Part shown: positions 40,626 through 51,157 of the stretch, piece after piece
Position numbering within the stretch: position 1 is the first letter of the stretch
Layout: the number at the start of each line of letters is the position of its first letter
NCBI GenBank assembly: GCA_043228905.1
Contig: JBHGNT010000014.1
Span: forward strand, 7,874,001-7,938,000
Source: Azolla caroliniana
Taxonomy: Eukaryota > Plantae > Polypodiophyta
DNA: 64,000 nucleotides
Reading direction: 5' to 3'
Translations under genes and position numbers: made by a program
Notes under the pieces: model-generated
The model's input: only the letters and a program-made list of their open reading frames with translations
Told to the model about the DNA's origin: nothing
The model's database searches: none

Positions 40626-40678
40626 TTCTCACATATTCTGATTTTGCACTATTTCTGATTTCTGAAATGATATTTCAG

Positions 40679-43600
40679 ATGGCCCGTTCCCCCGTATCTG
40701 AGAGTGCTAAACTTCGCAAAATTTTGTGAAACAAAGGAGGACTTCCACAACACCTATGGTCTGTCACTCGAGGGTGTTGACCCTGCTGTCCTAAGTGATA
40801 AATTGATCAGTGATATAGACTGGATGACAGTATATACAATGCCTAGAGTCAAAGGCAAGGTCAAGCTGAAGCATGTACGAGCTGACTTGTACAATGACTG
40901 CATGAGGCTGCACCAAAAAGTTCATCAGGAGATCCTAGTCAACAATGAGTTGTCAGTTTCATTCGCTAGAGCATTTGCATATGAGTACTGCAAAACAGCG
41001 AAGGAATCCAGAGACCCTGAAATGTATAGGGTAGCTTGGGCAGTCTATGGTGAGGCATCGGTAAAAAGATGCCGAAAGATGGGGACCTTGGCACAAAAAA
41101 TAGACAGATTTTGGAGCATGGCTTGTCAACAATGAGTTGTCAGTTTCATTTGCTAGAGCATTTGCATATGAGTACTGCAAAACAGCGAAGGAATCCAGAG
41201 ACCCTGAAATGTATAGGGTAGCTTGGGCAGTCTATGGTGAGGCATCGGTAAAAAGATGCCGAAAGATGGGGACCTTGGCACAAAAAATAGACAGATTTTG
41301 GAGCATGGCAGTTGTTGATGCAAATGCCGACTCCCAGAAAGACCGGGGGCATACACCACACCGACACCCAAGGAAAGCCAATGTCGATGATACAGGTGAG
41401 ACATTGGTTAGCTATATGCTAAAAAATGTCCATGAAGCCTGTGAGACATTGGCATTTTTTAAGACTGATTTAGAGAAAGCCACAATGGCTTCTGCAATGG
41501 AGAGCAAAGTTACTTCTGTTGTTACAACGATTAGAAATAAGATTAAGGTAACTATTGTTTTGTTGGTATGTGATTGTGTTATAAAAAACTTTAAGGGCAA
41601 AATGTGCTAATCAAGCATTATCTGGAATAGGTTGCGCAACAGGAGCTTGAATTAGAGGGGCCACTGGATCCCCAACGTAAAATACAACTGCAAATAGAGA
41701 TTCAGGTTCTTTCAATGAACCTGGACCTTCTAGGTGTAAATACTGTTGCAAATTACAATTTGGATAAGCTTCAAGTAAGTTAACGATTCCTGAGCAAAGT
41801 TGGTGTATCTTTCAACAACAGGAATAATTAATCGGTAAATTTCTCTGTTGCGTTGAAGGAACAATACATTCATCAAGAACAGGTAGTTAGCTGCCTTAAG
41901 AAGCAACTACATTTTGTGGAGGGAATGGTAAGGACCAGACCGGATTTGGACTTGAACATTCTTGCTCCCTTACCAAATGAAGCAGAACCAGAAAATGATT
42001 TATTGACAGTTCAAGCACGTTGCATTGCTTGCGGGTTAGGTGTGGAGGACAAAACTGTGTCTTTGTTGGTTCACCTACAACCATGCAACCACACATACCA
42101 TCTGCTTTGTTTTCAACATGCCTGTCGAATTGCTACATTCTGTTTGGGAGATTGCAGTACAACTCTACCAAATGAGTGGAGAAAATTAACAGGTATACCA
42201 TATTGTAGCTAATAAGCTTAGTCTTTTCTAATTAGCTAAGTCGTAAAAAGTATGGAAACTATTTTGCTGCTATCGTTGTAGCTAATTAGCTACTACCATA
42301 GTTGATTAAAGCAGCTAATAGCTATCCTATTAGTTAATTAGCTACTGCCATAGTTTACTACAGTAGTTAATTAGCTAACTGGCAGCTAGTTAGCTACTAG
42401 CTAATTAGCTATCCTACTGACAGCTAATTAGCTAATGCCAGCTAGTTAGCTACTAGCTAATTAGCTACTCATAGCTAATTAGCTAGCACCATAGTTGTGT
42501 AAAGTAGCTAATTAGCTATCCTACTAGCTAATTAGCTACTGGCAGCTAATGAGCTACTAGCTAATTAGCTAGTACCATAGTTGTGTAAAAAAGCTAATTA
42601 GCTATCATAGTAGCTAATTAGCTACTGCCATAGTTGTGTAAAGTAGCTAATAAGCTATCCTAGTAGCTAATTAGCTATGGTACTAGCTAATTAGCTAGTA
42701 CCATAGTTGTGTAAAAAAGCTAATTAGCTATCCTACTAGCTAATTAGCTATTGGCAACTAATTAGCTATCCTAGTAGCTAATTAGCTACTGACAACTAAT
42801 TAGCTATCCTACTAGCTAATTAGCTATCATAGTAGCTAATTAGCTACTGCCATAGTTGTGTAAAGTAGCTAATAAGCTATCCTAGTAGCTAATTAGCTAT
42901 CCTAGTAGCTAATAAGCTATCCTAGCTACTACATAGTTGAGAAAGTAGCTAATTAGCTATCATTGTAGCTAATTAGCTATCCTACTAGCTAATTAGCTAT
43001 CCTAGTAGCTAATTAGCTATCCTATCTACTACCATAGTTAGTAAAGTAGCTAATTAGCTATCCTAGCTACTACCATAGTTGAGTAAAGTAGCTAATTAGC
43101 TACCATAGTAGCTAATTAGCTATCCTAGCTACTACCATAGTTGAGTAAAGTAGCTAATTAGCTATCCTAGCTCCTACCATAGTTGAGTAAAGTAGCTAAC
43201 TAGCTACTATAGTAGCTAATTAGCTATGCTAGCTACTACCATAGTTGAGTAAAGTAGCTAATTAGCTATCCTAGCTACTACCATAGTTGAGTAAAGTAGC
43301 TAATTACCTATCCTAATTAGCTATCGTACTAGCTAATTAGCTATCCTAGCTTCTACCATAGTTTAGTAAAGTAGCTAATTAGCTATCCTAAATAGTTGCC
43401 ATGTTATTGTAGAATCTTGTGGATTAAGGACGACACATGATGTGTCTGGTGCTGATGACGCTGCAACAGATGAGGATACTGCTGCCAACGTGGCTGAAAG
43501 TAAGAGTCCTACTATCACATCTCCTTCAGATCAGCTCCACCCTATTCTTTTGGAACAGTGTACACAATTAGGCAACGATGTGAAATGCCATGAAATAGTT

Positions 43601-43948
43601 GAAACAACATGTAAAATTGAGGTTCACAACAACAATGTTTATGAACACTTGATGCAACATTTCTTCGAATCTCAAGACCTTGATTCTACCCCACCGAGCC
43701 CAACTACTGAAAATGTCCAAATAGATCCCTCTGTACTTGAAAAGCTAGTTCAAGAAATGGTTGATGTGCAAGTAGCTGCTGAGGCGATGGGAAGGTTGTT
43801 GGAGGAGGACACACTTGCGCATTGGGTGAAAGAAGCAAGGCTAAATGGGGAACCGACCCGAAAAAGGCTGAAGAAGGGGCCACGATCGGGAACAAGACCA
43901 GTTACTCGGTCAAGGGGCCCAGACGTACTGGAGCGAAATACTGTTTAG
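40679..43948 (+). pseudogene. Transposon cargo gene 1: coiled-coil plus RING-H2-like zinc finger protein, frameshifted
   Basis: Exons ~40679-41547, 41631-41774, 41859-42192, 43413-43948 join in frame at GT-AG sites. Motif CIAC..CNHTYHLLC..CLGDC. Disrupted by a +1 shift near 40720 and a 187-bp duplication. Confidence 0.7.
42193..43412 (+). repeat. Intron filled with TAGCTAATTAGCTA palindrome array
   Basis: acag|GTatac..ttgtAG|aatct joins KLT-E-SCGLRTTHDV in frame with ORF 43442. Dozens of palindrome copies lie between. Confidence 0.85.
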
Positions 43949-44750
43949 TTGGATATGATTGTTAGCTTAGGGATTTTGCTAGGGTTTTATGAAGTTTTAC
44001 TATCCTGTTGGACAAGTAAAACCTCAGATTGGTTGTTGCTTGATCCACATTATGTAATGGAACTCTATGATGTTTTTCCAAAATAATTTGAAGAGTGTTG
44101 TTCTATGACTGAAACTCTTTGATGTTCAGGATGTTGTTTTGTGAGACTGTTAGTTACTTTGTGAGTGTGAATATGTTGGTGTTTTCTGATGTTGCAGAGT
44201 CTAAAGGGTTTGATTCTATTGCTCGTAAGGCCAATGGCAGTGTGGATACTGTTGATGTTGCAACATGTTTAAAGGGCCCTATCTTGAAAGTAGATGTAGC
44301 AACTGACACAAGTGATCTGGTCACACAAGTTGATCAAGCATGTTGCGCGGATGACTTGGTGTTGCAGGTAGATGCAACATGTTGCACGGATGACTTGGTG
44401 TTGCAGGTAGATGCAACATGTGATACCAGTGGACTGATATCGAGCAGATCAGTAGCTACATGCACCGAGGTAATCCAAGGATTGATAACTAAGTCGACAA
44501 AACAAGAGCACCAGAATGTGAAGCCAGGCCCAACACAGTCGACTAGGGGTTTGAAGAGGAAAAGGACGCCAATTGTGTCGGCCGAACCTGAGATGATTGA
44601 GATTGATCGTATCCTACCAGAAAATGGTGTAACAATGGCTCAGTTTCAGTAATGGAAACATAAACCACTAGAAGTCAAAAGAAGAGCCTTGATCTTGGAG
44701 CTTGATAAAGTCTTGATGAGTGTGAGATATATGCAGCCAAGGAGGGACGC

Positions 44751-46262
44751 TGTCGTGCCTTTCGGCTCCGGATCGTTTGTCTTCAATCGACCATCCTTCA
44801 TCGGCCATGTCGTTGACAAGATTCTCATCTTCCTCTCATCATGTCTCCGGCATACCCTTTCGACTTTGGCCCAATCCTCGGTAAGACCATTCGCACCGTC
44901 ATCATCTTCGAGTTCGATCCCGATGTCCATCCTTTCTTTTCGATCGATCGATTTTACGAACATTAGGACTTTATCCTCCCCCACCAATCGTTGTTCCCGC
45001 TCCGAGAGTCGAGCAAAACGATTCTCGAACTCTAGGAATGCTTGTGTTGCACTTCGGTGGGTCTTCTCCGATGCCACCCATTCGTTGAATTCTCGCCGAT
45101 CTTTTCCCTTCGATCTCTTGTAATCATATGCCTCTCGTAAAGCTTCTTCGAATGACCCCCATGTCGAGTTTTGTTGCCGTATCTTGTGGATTCTCTCTTG
45201 TAGCTCATCCGTGGCCACCCGATTGAAGGATGTCACTTGCAATCCTTCCGGTATCCCACATCGTATCATCTCTGCCTTGTAGTCATGTAGATAGCGTGAC
45301 ACATCGTTTCCGTTGAATTGTCCGTTTCGTTGTACGAGCCGCTTTACTGCCCCCGTGATCTCCGACATCACTCGTTGTTCTTGTAGCATCCGCTCGAACA
45401 TCATCATCATCGTTATGCTCATTGCCTCTTGTTGATTCTCCATCTCCTTGCCACCCGCCTTCACGTCGGGTTCACCAACTGTGTCGTGCCTTTCGGCTCC
45501 GGATCGTTGCGTGAGTCGGGTGGGAACCGCCGAGGTTTTGGACTAGGAGAAAGAAGAATATGAGATGAGGCTAGTAATGAATAGATTATTAGAAAGAGAG
45601 ATAGAAATTTCGTGAATCCCACGAGTGTATTGTATTCGATTAATCAATATTTAGATAAGAATATGTATTTAGATTGAAAGAAAGATATAAGAAACTTGTG
45701 AATCCCACAAGTATAGATTATATTATTTTCGTGAATCCTACGATTATATTAATTGGTTGGTGTTTTCGGAAATATATCCAATTTCCAAATATTTCACACA
45801 CCTATTACATTGTGCTCCCCATCCTTATGTAGTGATGGGAGAGACTAAGCATAACTACATGCTTTTTTAATCCTTGCTTTTATTTGCTAAATATAGTGCT
45901 CATGCACGCTAGATGTGCATGAGTCACTTTTTAGTCGCTTGCGTTTTTCTATAAAATATTCACGCACTCTAAAAATACATGATTTACCTTTTAATAAAGG
46001 TAGGCGCAAATAAAGCAGTTATAGTTATTAAATCTATTTATAGAACACTAAGGATAAGGTAGCATAATGGTAAAGTTGAAGTTTGGCTACGTGGAGGTAC
46101 ATGGTTCGAATCTTGCCCTATGCACGTGATAAATATCTTGATATTCTTATTTTATTTATTGGTGATAAATATCTTAATATTCTTATTTTATTTATTTATA
46201 TGTAATTAAATCGGTTATATTATTTTTACTTTTTCACGTAGTGTACGAAATACACTACGACA
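44751..46262 (-). mobile_element. Internally deleted family A gypsy (5' LTR, PBS, partial gag, last ~29 bp of 3' LTR); nest layer 5
   Basis: LTR 45482-46262. PBS reads TTCACGTCGGGTTCACCA on + (45460-45477), matching the plant tRNA-Trp 3' end. Gag ORF runs 45464 to ~44780. TSD ACGC 44747-50 / 46263-66. Confidence 0.93.
46053..46124 (+). ncRNA. tRNA-like Pol III cassette in LTR U3, antisense
   Basis: A box TAGCATAATGG 46060-70; B box GGTTCGAATCT 46103-13; upstream TATTTATA; downstream TTTTT near 46150. Confidence 0.65.
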
Positions 46263-47080
46263 ACGCGAATTAGTTTCTAGAGTGGGTTGTGCAATACTTT
46301 GATTTGTTTATTTGGAGTGAAAAACCAAAATCAGATGTGTGGAAGTGTTTAGCAAGATTCTTCCCAAAATGGCAAAGTCGTTTTAAAGGTCAACGGGCAC
46401 GAGAAAATTGTGATCAAATGGAAGCTGCAAGATTCAAGACATTTTTTGATTTTTGGGCTACTTGGCCTGAATATAATGCGGACAATACATTGATTTTGGA
46501 TACAGAACATTTCCGGCACTACTTCAATATTCGGAGATGCTGTCTCATTCTACCCGAGGAAATGCCTGAACAGTACCTGGTGCAAACAGTGAGCTGCCAA
46601 CTAGGTGCATGGTTGTGGACTCCACCATACCGAGCTCGATATGCGGATAATATATGTAGACTCGTTCCACTGACTAGCAAGAGCTTGGCTGTTTATAGGA
46701 GATTTGTAGACATTTCCAATGGTAATTTATAAATATGTAAAGAGATGACATTATTCAATGAAGAATTTAATTACTTGTTCCCACTGTACTTATCTACTGT
46801 GTAATTTGAGGAATATGTTGCAGATTGTTGATTTCATGCTATTGATGACTATTTAGTTATTGACAGCTAATTAGCTGCATTTGTACAGCTAATTAGCTAC
46901 TGATGACTATTTTGCTATAACTTATAACTTAAAACTTAACAGAAAAGACATGATTTTATTGAGAAAGAAGCACAGAAAGCAGACTGTATACAAGAAATTG
47001 ATTCTCAAACGAATTTATTTAACTGTTTTCGCGAAATACATGTTTGTTTTACAAGAGAACATGGTAAGTGCTACTTGTAG

Positions 47081-50000
47081 CTACAAATTCCATGGCATAC
47101 TATTGTAAATACATTCATACACATTAGCACCAACAGTGTATAAACCTGAGCAACTATTGTATTCTGACATTGGGACGTTGATGCACCTGACCAAATGAGA
47201 GTACATGTACGCCGTTGGTTTGTCTTCTAACAGCCTGTACACATATTCATAGTCATCTAGTTTTGCATAAAAAATGCCTTCGATGTAGAATGTCCCGGCA
47301 GATACAAAATTTCCCCATGCATCTACAATATTCTGCCTTGCACACTATTTACTAACCGTGCACTTCAATATATCAGCACCCTCTGAATTGCCTTCTTCAG
47401 CATTTACAGTGAAGTTATCCCCAATGTTTAGGACATCACTCAAAGTATCTCCAAGTCCCTCATATGTGAAGTCAGCATTATGCCCTGTTTCTCCATCAAC
47501 TGCTTCCTTATCATTCAGAGTGTGATACTCCCAATTCTGAATGTATGCTTTGTTTAGACAATATCTCCAATTTCCCTGCACACAATGGAAGCAAAAACAA
47601 GTCAATTCTCTAACCGCAATACAATGACCATCCAACCTGGAATAACCGCGAACAACATGCAAAGATCGCAATTCGGGAATTCCTCGGCACACCCAGGTCT
47701 TCTCCCTATTTACTTCATCTATCTTCACTTCCCAAAATTCACGTTTGATATCTCGGACTTGCGAGGAATAAACACCTGTTGCACTCGTTGACATATTTGT
47801 TCTTAAAAACTCAACTACATGTGATGCACAATTCATGTGCACACCATCTGTCTTTAGTTGTTCATGAGTAAGTGCCCGCTTTATAACAGCCCCTGCACCA
47901 TCATGTTCACCTTTACCATGGCCAGACCCAAAAAAATTCCATCTCATCTCCAAACCTGTTATAGCAGGATACCTCCCCACAAAATAAAATGGATGTCGAG
48001 CCTTGAATTGTGACGCAGCTCCGTCAGACCAGACCCAATGTTGAGTAAGCTCCAAACGTTGAGCTAATAACCACTGCCAATGTAACTTAAAACAATGTTG
48101 GACGAACAAGGTATCGTGCTTCTTATCATCGGAAATAAAGAAATGAATTACTTTTTTAACATCACCTAAAACTCGAAAATATGTTATGTGCACAAAAATG
48201 GTTACCTGAACTGAACACCAATGCATAGATTGAATTTCATTCTCCTGCTTGAAAGTATAATTCTCTGCGAAATCTACTATTGAGACTACTAGATCATTTG
48301 GGAAATCAGATATGCAAGTCTTAAACTGATGGGGTTGCCATGAATAAATGAAGTTGTGTTTAATGAACTTTCCTAGAGATACTACAAACAGAGACACCAA
48401 ATCCCTTGGTTTAAGCATCTTCCGAACTAGATCCTTTCTTTTACACACCCTTCCTTCGAAATTGGTGTTCACTGACTCAAAGAACTTCACAGAGATAAAT
48501 ATTTCACTACTCAATTCATTTGGACACCACCTAAATCTTGTAGGGCCACAATCTTGACATAAACCCATGACACATTTATGAATATGGAAGATAATGTTAG
48601 TTTCTCTCAGACACAATATTGAATCTAATAAATAACTCATGGAAGAGATAACGTGCTCAGATGATTTACACTGCTCTTGCGGGCTTGATCGACAGATTGG
48701 GCACCCACATGTGCAAACTGTATTAGTTAGGGATGCACTATGGTGACGTAGTAGATTAACAGAGTCCTTCAGAAAACCCATCTGTACATGGTAAATGCAA
48801 CAACATGTGTATCGATCCTTTAAGCGTCTCATAAAGTGTGGCTTAAGAGACTCGAATGTTCGTAGTTGAACTTTGATAGTTGGATGCATTCGTTTGAACC
48901 TAATAAATAAATTGACCTGCGTAATAAAGGGGAATTAGTTATTCTCGTAACTAGCTAACTATCCTAGTAGTTATTCTAGTAGCTAATTAGCTAATTAGCT
49001 ATTCTAGTAGCTTATTAGCTATTCTAGTAGCTAATTAGCTATCATGGTAGCTAATTAGCTATTCTAGTAGCTAATTAGCTATCATGGTAGCTAATTAGTT
49101 GGTCTAGTAGCTAATTAGCTATCATGGTAGCTAATTAGCTAGTCTAGTAGCTAATTAGTTATCATGGTGGCTAATTAGCTGTCCTAGTAGCTAATTAGCT
49201 ATCATGGTAGCTAATTAGATTTCCTAGTAACTAATTAGCTATCATGGTAGCTAATTAGCTGGTCTAGTAGCTAATTAGCTATCATGGTAGCTAATTAGCT
49301 ATCATGGTAGCTAATTAGATTTCCTAGTAGCTAATTAGCTGGTAATAACGAAATAGCTAACTAGCTACCATGATAGCTAACTAGCTACCAGGACAGCTAA
49401 TTATCTAGTATTACCTAAATTAGCTATTGAGAATAGCTAATTAGCTATCATGGTAGTAGCTATTGAGAGTAGCCAGTTACATATGTAGTAGCTATCCTAG
49501 TAGCTAACTGAGGTAAATGTAACTGATAAGCTAATTAGCTTTTCTGCTAACTGAGCTAATTAACTTTCCGTGTAAATACCTGAGGTACATCAAGAAGATG
49601 AATGGGATGCTCCTCGTATTGATTTCTTCCAACACGTTTCCTGCATAAATCCTTTTTATTGGGTGAAACCCTACTCTCATTAGTCCAAAACATTGTGATT
49701 ACATCCTTGATTTCAAATGTTATGGGTGTCATTGGCTTATATCTTGTAGTTAGCTTTAGTAGACTAGTTCCTTCACCCGAGGAAATTATACGGTTCATTG
49801 TATTGTACACAGTTTTTCTACTAACACCAATTACCTTAGATAGCTGACCTGCTCATAGATACGAAACTATTACGAAGATTATTTACTAAAATAGATGATA
49901 TGTTTGCATTAAGACCATCACAATCAACTAAGTCCTTTATCGATGGATCATTATATATTCCATAAAGTACTACCTTCTTTTCTTCATTGCTGATGTGCTT

Positions 50001-50252
50001 GGTTTGAACATTGAAATAGTCTACAACCTTTCTCTCTATGATGGTAGTCGCATTACTTACATTCTCAGCTAAACTATCCTTACCTTTACTGAGTGTGGCT
50101 TTTGTATCCTTCAACAATTGACGATGTTTCCTTTTTTTTTCTGCCCAATAGTTTCGTATGGCTTGTTGTGTCCTGATAGCATCATCCCTATCCTTATGAT
50201 CATTGAGGGGTAATTCTAAACACCCTTCTTCCCCTTCCATTTGGCTGGACAT
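47081..50252 (-). CDS. Sola2-like DDD transposase; one intron (49579-48917), frameshifts near 49845 and ~47350
   Basis: Cys-rich region (CCCIYH, CTCGCPIC, CVMGLCQDC) then DFAENY, QSMHW, WSDGAASQFK, GSGHGKGEHDGAG. Splice cag|GT..AG|gtc joins LLDVPQ-VNLFIRFKRMHP. Confidence 0.85.
48917..49579 (-). repeat. Transposase intron filled with TAGCTAATTAGCTA palindrome array (~21-bp period)
   Basis: GT-AG borders keep the frame; units such as gtagctaattagctatcatg. Confidence 0.88.
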
Positions 50253-50588
50253 ATTAAAACCCTAAATTTCCAGAAAAAAAAACAAGTATTTAAGATGGCT
50301 ATGGGCAACAACAATACACAAAAATATTCCACAATACACAAGATTCGACACAACAATACACAAGATAATCAATAGACAGAAAAGTTATTGCAATCCAAGA
50401 CCGAACAGTAGAGGAGTTCACTCCGTTGGATCGAACAATTGAGGAGGCGATCCAGGACCGACCAATGGCGACAACTGAGTGTAGAATGTTGTTGTTGGAT
50501 GAGTGAACTCCGTCAAATCGAAATGTGGAAGCAATCCAGGACTGGATAGTAGCGGCAACTGAGTGTAGAATGATGGCAATGGAGGAGA

Positions 50589-51157
50589 GAACTCCGTCAG
50601 ATTGAACAGTTACCGATAATGCTTGGAACGCACAGTAGCGACCCCTGAGTGTAGAGTGGCATAGAGAAGAGAACCCCGTCAGATTGAACAACTCTTTGAT
50701 GATGCTTGGAACGCATAGTAGCAGCCCCTGAGTGTAGAGTGGCAAAGAGAAGAGAACCCCGTCAGATTGAACAACTCTTTGATGATGCTTGGAACGCACA
50801 GTAGTGGCCCTTGAGTGTAGAGTGGCACAGAGAAGAGAACCCCGTTAGATTGAACAACTCTTTGATGATGCTTGGAACACATAGTAGCGGCCCCTGAGTG
50901 TAGAGTGGCACAGAGAAGAGAACCCCGTCAGATTGAACAACTCTTTGATGATGCTTGGAACGCACAATAACGGCCCCTAAATGTAGAGTGGCACAGAGAA
51001 GAGAACCTCGTCAGATTGAACAGCTCTTTGATGATGCTTGGAATGCACAGTAGCGGCCCCTAAGTGTAGAGTGTCACAGAGAAGACAACCCCGTCAGATT
51101 GAGCAGCTCTTTGATGATGCTTGGAACGCACAGTAGCGGCCCCTGAGTGTAGAGTGG
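50589..51157. repeat. ~7 copies of an 83-bp tandem repeat upstream of the transposase; degenerate copies extend to ~50400
   Basis: Unit agaaccccgtcagattgaacaactctttgatgatgcttggaacgcacagtagcggcccctgagtgtagagtggcacagagaag. ORF-track repeats are offset by 83 bp. Confidence 0.92.

Larger units (their letters stand above)
44198..46732 (+). pseudogene. Transposon cargo 2: NIF/FCP1-like (HAD-fold) phosphatase-domain protein, interrupted by the gypsy at 44751-46262
   Basis: After removing the insert: RALILELDKVL..PRRDAN*FLEWVVQYFDLFIWS..WPEYNADNTLILDTE. This parallels NIF motifs LVLDLDxTL / RP..EFL..F..xWS / NTLLIDD. DxDxT is altered to ELDKV; two in-frame stops. Confidence 0.65.

Noticed and set aside
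45460-45477. tRNA-Trp gene fragment (also 52134 and 62970)
   Set aside because: Only the 3'-terminal 18 nt including CCA, next to an LTR end: this is a primer-binding site.
46053-46124. Functional tRNA genes at the six cassettes
   Set aside because: Acceptor and anticodon stems do not pair properly; reported only as tRNA-like promoter modules.
50589-51157. CRISPR-like array (also the 56-bp and TAGCTA arrays)
   Set aside because: Head-to-tail repeats without unique spacers, no cas genes, eukaryotic context.
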